A stretch of DNA of 32,000 bases from an archaeon GW2011_AR10 (GTDB lineage: Archaea; Iainarchaeota; Iainarchaeia; Iainarchaeales; GW2011-AR10), in contig CP010424.1 in the NCBI GenBank assembly GCA_000830275.1, positions 150,001 to 182,000 of the forward strand. Reading direction: 5' to 3'. Shown one piece after another: positions 17,701 to 23,439 of the stretch. Numbering within the stretch: position 1 is the stretch's first letter; every line of letters begins with the position of its first letter. The notes beneath the pieces were generated by a model. It was given only the letters and a program-made list of their open reading frames with translations, was not told where the DNA came from and did not search any database. The position numbers and the translations under genes are program-made.

Positions 17701-17786
17701 GATAGGTGAGAAGTGTAAGCTGGAAGCTTCGGCGACCAGTTAAGCTAACTCATACTAAGAACTCGAGAGAACTCTTAAACTGAACC
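14714..17786 (+). rRNA. 23S rRNA (span delimited by the BHB; mature ends a few nt further in)
   Basis: Contains GAAGGGCGTGGCAAGCTGCGATAAGCC near the 5' end. Also present are GAAGACCCCACGGAGGTTTACC and a PTC region, GGGGGTAATTGAG..ATCGACCCCGCGG..GGGTTGAGAACGG, that aligns with archaeal 23S. No 5S follows. Confidence 0.9.
17238..17323 (+). other. 86-nt AT-rich, ORF-less insertion in the 23S helix-89 loop; candidate BHB mini-intron
   Basis: The central helix pairs GTCC (17232-17235) with GGAT (17318-17321). The bulges are ATA (17236-17238) and TTA (17322-17324). The inner helix pairs AGCC (17239-17242) with GGCT (17314-17317). Removal gives GAGAGTCCAT|ATCGAC, the same length and pattern as the consensus H89 loop GAGAG(C/U)(U/C)CAUAUCGAC. 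Confidence 0.6.
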
Positions 17787-17805
17787 TAATACCAATGCAG
17801 TAACT

Positions 17806-17940
17806 AAACCTTTTAGGAAAAGGTTTGCGAAAATGTGCTTTCGGCTGAAACCAAAGGTTTTACAAGGAGGCTTATCAAAACGCAGCTTCGCAAAAACCTT
17901 TTTTTTGAAAGGTTTATCAAAATGTGCTTTTGGCTAAAAC
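17806..17940 (+). repeat. Tandem array of about three two-hairpin modules (A, M, B) in the 23S 3' trailer
   Basis: A (17806-17852) is AAACCTTTT-AGG-AAAAGGTTT GCGAAAA TGTGCTTTCGGCTGAAACC. B (17894-17940) is AAACCTTT-TTTTTG-AAAGGTTT ATCAAAA TGTGCTTTTGGCTAAAAC. M (17853-17899) is a degenerate copy containing GGCTTATCAAAACGCAGCTTCGCAAAAACC. Confidence 0.7.
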
Positions 17941-17951
17941 TCATTAAAAAA

Positions 17952-19244
17952 TTATTTTTTTTCCTTCGTTTTGCTTTCAAAGCTTTCTCTTAACTCTTTC
18001 CTTGTCTTAAACTGTTCCGGGTGTTTTTTTCTAAGTATGTCCAGCTGCCGTCTTCTTTCCTTTTCATACAAAATGTTTGGCAACTCCCAGTCAGGGTGTC
18101 TTTTTTGAATTCCTCTCACAACTTTCTCATCTGAAAGCCTTCTTAAAAGGCCTATTCTTGTTTTTGCTCCTAAAAGTTTCATTAACTCTTCTTCTGATGG
18201 CCCATACAAAGGCTTTCCGATTACATCACTAATTTCACTTCTTTTTGTTCTTTTCAGCCCCGCCTTGTTGTATGCATTTTCTGCTGCGGCTTCATATAAT
18301 CCGTTAATTGCACTAGGGCCTCTTCTTAACTTTCCTGGCTGATCTTCTATCATTCTTTTAAGTTCTTCCTGAAAAATTTTTTGAATGTCCGTTGAAAAAG
18401 ACGATGACTGCCTTGCCAGTGCTCTGTACTCTTCAATTTCCTGAGGGGTTCTTTTTTGCAAAAAATCCGGTGTTATGTTTTTTTGTGCTGCAATTTTCTC
18501 AGTTAAAACTTTAGCTGCTGTTTCAGCCGATATCAAGTCCTGTTCAATTGCAACAGCAATAGCGCTGTTAAGATTTTTATTGTCGCTGTTAAATTTTAGC
18601 AAATCCGAGACTCGTTTTTCAGGAAAATTTTTTGGAAGAAAACCATGCTTTTTCATTTCTCCCAGCCAAAAAACATATTCTTCCAAGCGAGCGCTCCTTG
18701 TCCTCAACTTTTGCATAATGTCGTGAATTCTTTTAAGAGAGATTTCAAACTTATCGCCCTTAAACGAAGTTTCCCCTTGTTTTTCCATTGATTCCAGAGC
18801 TTTTAACAAAGCTCCAAATAATGGTTCCTTTCTGAGCAAAAAAATGTTGTATTCAGGAGAATAAGTTCCAAATTCTGCTCCGGGAAACTTATAGTGAATA
18901 ATTACTCTTTCCCTCACCCTTTTATGGAAAGGAATTTCAACTGGTTTCACGCGAGAAATTTCTAGTCCCTTATTCAATGCCTCACGGGCTCTTTGCTGCT
19001 GTCGCTTTATTTCTTCCACTTGCTTAAAGTGTGCCTCAACCCTTCTCCTTGCTTCAGCTCCTTCCGTTTTAGTAAGCGCTTTCTGCTTCCTTTCCAACCC
19101 ATAAATTGCCAGCCTGGCACCATCAATAGTTTGAGGCGCTTTCCTTGAACGAGGCCTAAGTGCCATTTCAACTGCGGTATTAATTCTATCTGCCCTAGTT
19201 GGCAGCATTGTTATTATTTTTCTTCTCCCGCTGTTTCTGCGCAT
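17952..19244 (-). CDS. Hypothetical highly basic, charged protein (430 aa), orphan
   Basis: Long uninterrupted ORF, Arg/Lys/Glu-rich throughout and predicted helical. The N-terminus is MRRNSGRRK and the C-terminus is KTKEKK. No catalytic motif is recognised. It is divergent from RNase P RNA. Confidence 0.7.
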   Translation of the reverse strand: MRRNSGRRKIITMLPTRADRINTAVEMALRPRSRKAPQTIDGARLAIYGLERKQKALTKTEGAEARRRVEAHFKQVEEIKRQQQRAREALNKGLEISRVKPVEIPFHKRVRERVIIHYKFPGAEFGTYSPEYNIFLLRKEPLFGALLKALESMEKQGETSFKGDKFEISLKRIHDIMQKLRTRSARLEEYVFWLGEMKKHGFLPKNFPEKRVSDLLKFNSDNKNLNSAIAVAIEQDLISAETAAKVLTEKIAAQKNITPDFLQKRTPQEIEEYRALARQSSSFSTDIQKIFQEELKRMIEDQPGKLRRGPSAINGLYEAAAENAYNKAGLKRTKRSEISDVIGKPLYGPSEEELMKLLGAKTRIGLLRRLSDEKVVRGIQKRHPDWELPNILYEKERRRQLDILRKKHPEQFKTRKELRESFESKTKEKK

Positions 19245-19284
19245 ATAAAAGCAATGATTTTGAACTTTAACTTGCTTTCGGTCA

Positions 19285-19294
19285 GTTTAAATAC
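19285..19294. promoter_or_regulatory. TATA box between the divergent orphan gene and RNase P RNA
   Basis: GTTTAAATAC has a palindromic TTTAAA core. It is centred ~28 nt upstream of the RNase P RNA 5' end and ~45 nt upstream of the ATG at 19244 on the other strand. Confidence 0.45.
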
Positions 19295-19316
19295 CTTTAA
19301 TGACGCAATTATTATT

Positions 19317-19608
19317 GGAGTAGCAGGAGGCTGGCTGACGGTGCTGATTCATTTCGGCGCTGAGGAAAGTCCGCCCACTCAAACCTTTTAAAAAAAAAGG
19401 TTTACGAAAAAACTGCTTTTGGCAGAAAAATCACTCTTGAAAAGGAGTCCCAGGGAACAGAAACGGTACCCATTCATTTGGGTTGAAACGCGCCTTGGGT
19501 TGAACAAGCAGTCAAATGCTTGGGAGTGCAAGTTCAAGTAACGCTAAGGTGAATGCCGGCAGCCCTGCTTGCAGGGGTAACAGAAGGCGGCTTACTCCCT
19601 GCTGCTCC
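19317..19608 (+). ncRNA. rnpB: RNase P RNA (archaeal type, compact)
   Basis: P1 pairs GGAGTAGCAGG with CCTGCTGCTCC. CR-I is GAGGAAAGTCCGCC, which pairs with GGCGGCTTAC of CR-V to form P4. ACAGAAGGCGGCTTA matches CR-IV/V. GGGAACAGAAAC and CTAAGGTGAA are S-domain-like elements. Confidence 0.8.
19381..19431 (+). repeat. Two-hairpin module, copy C, inside RNase P RNA just after CR-I
   Basis: Sequence AAACCTTTT-AAAAA-AAAAGGTTT ACGAAAAAA CTGC-TTTTG-GCAG AAAAAT. It is flanked on both sides by CACTC (19376-19380 and 19432-19436). Confidence 0.65.
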
Positions 19609-19652
19609 AAAACCTTATTCGGTTTACGAATGTGCCATGCATTGCATGGCAC
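19609..19652 (+). repeat. Two-hairpin module, copy D, immediately 3' of RNase P RNA
   Basis: Sequence AAAACC-TTATTC-GGTTT ACGAA T GTGCCATGC-ATT-GCATGGCAC. It is followed by another hairpin, AGCTCG-TCTT-CGGGCT. Confidence 0.7.
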
Positions 19653-19739
19653 TAGCTCGTCTTCGGGCTCGTAAAACAGAAGCTAATTTTTATCTTGCTG
19701 AAATCGGTTTTAAATGCTTTTTCTTGGAAGGTTTTAGTA

Positions 19740-21542
19740 ATGCCTACGTCCGATAATGTAAGGGAAAAGTTCTTGAAGTTCTTCAAGGAAAAAAAGCACG
19801 CAATTATTCCGAGTGCCTCGCTTATTCCTGAGAACGATCCCACTGTTTTGTTCACAACCGCTGGAATGCACCCTCTAGTGCCTTTTCTGCTTGGCGAACA
19901 GCATCCAAGCGGAAAGCGCTTGGCAAATTTCCAGAAATGCGTTAGAACAGTTGACATTGATGAGGTGGGAGACAGATGGCACTTAACCTTCTTCGAAATG
20001 CTGGGCAACTGGAGTCTGGGGGATTACTTCAAGAAGGAAGCAATTGAGTGGAGCCACGAGTTTTTAACCAAAAAAAAGTGGCTTGGGTTTGACTCTGAAA
20101 GAATCCATGTTTCCTGCTTTGAAGGCGACAAGGACGCGCCAAAAGACGCTGAAGCAGCAAAGGTCTGGCAATCACTTGGAATTCCATCTGAAAGAATTCA
20201 CTTTTACTCCAAGAAAGAGAACTGGTGGGGCCCGGCAGGCCAAACAGGTCCCTGCGGTCCAGATACTGAAATGTTTTATGACACAAAAAAAATTTCCCAC
20301 AAAGGAGAGTGCGGGCCGTGGTGCAGTTGCGGAAGGTTTGTGGAGGTGTGGAACGATGTTTTCATGCAGTACAACAAGACTGCTGAAGGAAAGTTTATTC
20401 CATTGAAACAGAAAAACGTTGACACAGGAATGGGTTTGGAAAGAGTGGCAGCGGTAATTGATGGCCTTGATTCAGTTTTTGAAACAGATTTGATGGTTGG
20501 AGCGTTCAATAAAGTAAAAGAGCTTGGAAACCAAAAGCTTGTTGAAAAGAACATGAATTCTGTCAGGATAATAACCGATCACCTGCGCGCTGCGGCTTTT
20601 ATTCTTGGGGATGAAGTGGGCATTGTTCCAAGCAACGTTGACCAGGGCTATGTTGTAAGGCGCCTGATTAGGCGCTCAATCAGGCATGCAAGACTGGTTG
20701 GAATTGAAGGCCATTTTACAAGTGAAGTGGCAGGGGAAGTTGTCAAGCGCTTTCAGGGAATTTACCCCGAATTAAGGAAAAGCAGGGAAAGGATTTTCTC
20801 GGAGCTTGACAGGGAGGAAGCCAAGTTCCTTAATACGATTCATAAGGGCTTGAGTCTTGCTCAAAAAGAAATTTCTGCACTGGAAAAAGAGGCCAAAACT
20901 GTTTTCCCAACAAAAGCTGCATTTGACTTATACCAAAGCTTTGGTTTCCCTATTGAAATGACTGAAGAAATTGTGCGCGAGAAAGGGTTTAAGTTAAACA
21001 AGGAAGATTTCTTCAAGAAATTGGCGGAACACCAAGAGCTCTCCAGAAAAGCAACAGAGAAAAAATTCAAGGGAGGCCTTGCAGACACGCAGAGTAAAAC
21101 AATTAGAATGCACACTGCAACCCATTTACTTCATGCGGCCTTAAGGAAAGTTCTAGGGGAACACGTTGCACAGAAAGGCTCAAACATCACCACTGAAAGG
21201 CTTAGGTTTGATTTTTCTCATCCTGAAAAAGTTCCTGAAGAAAAACTAAGGGAAGTAGAGGCTTTGGTTAATGAGAAAGTAAGGGAAGGGTTAAGCGTTA
21301 AAATGGAGGTAATGTCTCCGCAGCAGGCAAAAAAGGACGGAGCAATAGGGTTGTTTGCGTCAAAGTATGGTGAGAAAGTCAAGGTTTACACTGTGTTTGA
21401 CCAGAAAACAGGAAAGTTTTTTTCAAAAGAAATTTGCGGCGGCCCGCACGTGAACAACACAAAAGAAGTTGGAAAATTCAGGATAGTTAAAGAGGAAGGC
21501 ATTTCAGCAGGAGTGCGCAGAATAAAAGCAGTGGTAGAATGA
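19740..21542 (+). CDS. alaS: Alanyl-tRNA synthetase, bacterial-type, short form (600 aa) ending after the editing domain
   Basis: N-terminal motifs are FTTAGMHP, QKCVR and HLTFFEMLGNWSLGDY. Editing-domain motifs are HTATHLLH and CGGPHV. The protein ends at GVRRIKAVVE. The ATG at 19740 (MPTSDNVREKF) is preferred over the track start at 19695. Confidence 0.9.
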   Translation: MPTSDNVREKFLKFFKEKKHAIIPSASLIPENDPTVLFTTAGMHPLVPFLLGEQHPSGKRLANFQKCVRTVDIDEVGDRWHLTFFEMLGNWSLGDYFKKEAIEWSHEFLTKKKWLGFDSERIHVSCFEGDKDAPKDAEAAKVWQSLGIPSERIHFYSKKENWWGPAGQTGPCGPDTEMFYDTKKISHKGECGPWCSCGRFVEVWNDVFMQYNKTAEGKFIPLKQKNVDTGMGLERVAAVIDGLDSVFETDLMVGAFNKVKELGNQKLVEKNMNSVRIITDHLRAAAFILGDEVGIVPSNVDQGYVVRRLIRRSIRHARLVGIEGHFTSEVAGEVVKRFQGIYPELRKSRERIFSELDREEAKFLNTIHKGLSLAQKEISALEKEAKTVFPTKAAFDLYQSFGFPIEMTEEIVREKGFKLNKEDFFKKLAEHQELSRKATEKKFKGGLADTQSKTIRMHTATHLLHAALRKVLGEHVAQKGSNITTERLRFDFSHPEKVPEEKLREVEALVNEKVREGLSVKMEVMSPQQAKKDGAIGLFASKYGEKVKVYTVFDQKTGKFFSKEICGGPHVNNTKEVGKFRIVKEEGISAGVRRIKAVVE

Positions 21543-21584
21543 TTCAGTGCATAAAATTAAATACTTCAAGTCTGTTTCTTTTTA

Positions 21585-22331
21585 ATGGCTTTGGGTGACA
21601 GGGCAGCACAGTTTCAAAATCTGCGAAGATATGCGATGAATCGCCTTAGGCAAGAGTACCAGCTTGAGGAAAACCCAACTAGAAGAAACCTTATTATGGG
21701 GATGGTTAAAAGCATTGCTTTCACTCCAGTAAAGGTTTACCCTGACGCGGATGTGTTAAGGGAGGGAATCAAAAAAGAGGGAAACATTTACTCTGCTTTC
21801 CAGATTAAAGGGCAGAACATTGTGCAGTTTTTTGAAAGAATTATTGGCAACAAGAAGCAGGTAAAGGTTGAGAACCTTATTGAGGTTCCTGATTTGTGGA
21901 AGGGCAACAAGTTCGATCCTGAAAAGGTTGCAGCGCTTTTCCACGAGTACGGGCACAGCGTAAAACTGTTCGTGGACTTGCCCCGCACCACTGAAATGCA
22001 CGAGGAAAGGCTTGCTGACACTCTCTCGGTTTACACTTGCAAAAAAATAGGTTTGCCTGCTGAAGCAATTGCGCGCTCGCTTCAAGGAAGGGCCGCAATA
22101 GTTGGAAGAGATTTCCAGCAGAGATTAATTGAAGAAGCGTTTGGTGGAGAAGCAAAAAGAGCAGCTGCAGTTAGAAAAGCAATAAGAAGGAAAATAGAAA
22201 AGGAAAGAAGAAAAGCTGCAATTGGAAAAGTTGTTCCATTCAGGCCGCCAGTGCAGAGGCAGATAATCAGGAGAGGGCCAAGAGGCAGAATTATAAGTAT
22301 TCCACGGATTATGGCAAGAAGGGCTGCCTAA
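21585..22331 (+). CDS. Hypothetical protein with an HExxH motif and a strongly basic C-terminal tail
   Basis: 248-aa ORF. ALFHEYGHSV is a zincin-like HExxH, with acidic residues 17-21 aa downstream in TTEMHEERL. The last ~60 aa are Arg/Lys-rich (RRKIEKERRKAA..RRGPRGRIISIPRIMARRAA). The TATA-like AAAATTAAATA is ~25 nt upstream. Confidence 0.6.
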   Translation: MALGDRAAQFQNLRRYAMNRLRQEYQLEENPTRRNLIMGMVKSIAFTPVKVYPDADVLREGIKKEGNIYSAFQIKGQNIVQFFERIIGNKKQVKVENLIEVPDLWKGNKFDPEKVAALFHEYGHSVKLFVDLPRTTEMHEERLADTLSVYTCKKIGLPAEAIARSLQGRAAIVGRDFQQRLIEEAFGGEAKRAAAVRKAIRRKIEKERRKAAIGKVVPFRPPVQRQIIRRGPRGRIISIPRIMARRAA

Positions 22332-22750
22332 ATTTGCTTTGCCCAGTTTGGGGCTTGTTTCCCTGTTTTATTCAATAGTTCTGGCAATAGTTCCTTAACT
22401 GATGCTTTCAAAAAAGGCCATTCAAGTACGTGCCTGTCTTTCAGCTCGAGGTTCCACACAACAGCATCCAAGTCAATTGTTCTAGGCCCTGCCTTATTTT
22501 CAGTTTTAATTCTTCCAAGCAGCTTTTCCGTTTCCTTCAGTTTTTTGTTTAATTCCTGCAAAGTTTTCCTTGTTTCAACCAAGATGGCCATGTTAATGAA
22601 ATCCGGCTGCTGTTTGAACTCCATTGGTTTTGTTTTAACAGGAACTGTTTCCCTTAAAACCCTGAATTCGGCTGAAAGAATTGCCTTGGATTTCCTAATG
22701 TTTTTTTCTGGCTCAATGTTTGAGCCGAGCGAAATTATTGCAAAATTCAT
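22328..22750 (-). CDS. folK: 6-hydroxymethyl-7,8-dihydropterin pyrophosphokinase (HPPK)
   Basis: Carries IISLGSNI, QQPDFINMAILVET and GPRTIDLD. The stop codon overlaps the stop of the convergent gene (CTAA). Confidence 0.85.
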   Translation of the reverse strand: MNFAIISLGSNIEPEKNIRKSKAILSAEFRVLRETVPVKTKPMEFKQQPDFINMAILVETRKTLQELNKKLKETEKLLGRIKTENKAGPRTIDLDAVVWNLELKDRHVLEWPFLKASVKELLPELLNKTGKQAPNWAKQI

Positions 22751-22754
22751 TTAA

Positions 22755-23336
22755 TCACTTTATTAGTGAAAGGAATTCTTTCCTTGTCCGCTGGTTTTTG
22801 AGGAAAATTCCAGTCATCGAAGAAGTGACCGTTTTGCTGTTTACTTTTTCAACGCCCCTGATTACCATGCACGTGTGAATTCCTTCAGCCACAACTGCAA
22901 CGCCTTTCGGTTTAAGTATTTCGTCAAGCGCACTCATTATCTGAGAGCACATTCTTTCCTGCACCTGCAGCCTTCTGGAAAAAACTTCAACTATTCTGGG
23001 AATTTTGCTTAACCCGATAATTTTTTCGTCTGGAATGTATGCTACATGGATTTTCCCGAAAAACGGGAGAAGGTGGTGCTCGCATGTTGAAAAAAAGTCA
23101 ATGTCTTTCACTATGACCATGCTGCTGTCCTCGGCATCAAAAAGTGCGCCGTTGACAACCTGTTTTGCGTTTTTCTTGTAGCCGGAAGTAATGTAATTCC
23201 AGGCAGAAATGAACCTCTGAGGGGTTTTTTTCAGGCCCTGCCTATTAGGGTTTTCCCCGGTGCAGGTAATAAGTTCCTTAACACTTTTTTCGTTCAATGA
23301 AACATTCTCCTTTGCCTTACCATAATATCCCTGCAT
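22755..23336 (-). CDS. folE: GTP cyclohydrolase I (FolE type IA)
   Basis: Carries TPQRFISAW, CEHHLLPFFGKIHVAYIP and RLQVQERM. Confidence 0.9.
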   Translation of the reverse strand: MQGYYGKAKENVSLNEKSVKELITCTGENPNRQGLKKTPQRFISAWNYITSGYKKNAKQVVNGALFDAEDSSMVIVKDIDFFSTCEHHLLPFFGKIHVAYIPDEKIIGLSKIPRIVEVFSRRLQVQERMCSQIMSALDEILKPKGVAVVAEGIHTCMVIRGVEKVNSKTVTSSMTGIFLKNQRTRKEFLSLIK

Positions 23337-23439
23337 AAAAGACTTATAAAGTTTTACATCAAATTTTTCAAAATTTTTGAATAGCGCGCAGCGCTAATGC
23401 CATGGATTAAAATCAGCTTTTAAAGCTTTCAGGCAGTAA

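Noticed and set aside
17806-17940. 5S rRNA or a CRISPR array in the 23S trailer
   Set aside because: The position and ~135-nt length suggested 5S, but no 5S signature or helix I end-pairing is present. The repeats are imperfect, directly abutting and spacerless, so this is not a CRISPR array.
19695-19739. N-terminal extension of AlaRS in the track ORF (MLKSVLNAFSWKVLV)
   Set aside because: The bacterial AlaRS N-terminus aligns from MPTSDNVREKF at 19740. The extension would overlap the structured region after RNase P RNA.
23382-23396. GC-rich palindrome TAGCGC-GCA-GCGCTA in the folE/leuS divergent spacer
   Set aside because: It is a short 6-bp stem occurring once, with no repeat elsewhere in the window. 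It could be an operator, but the evidence is insufficient.
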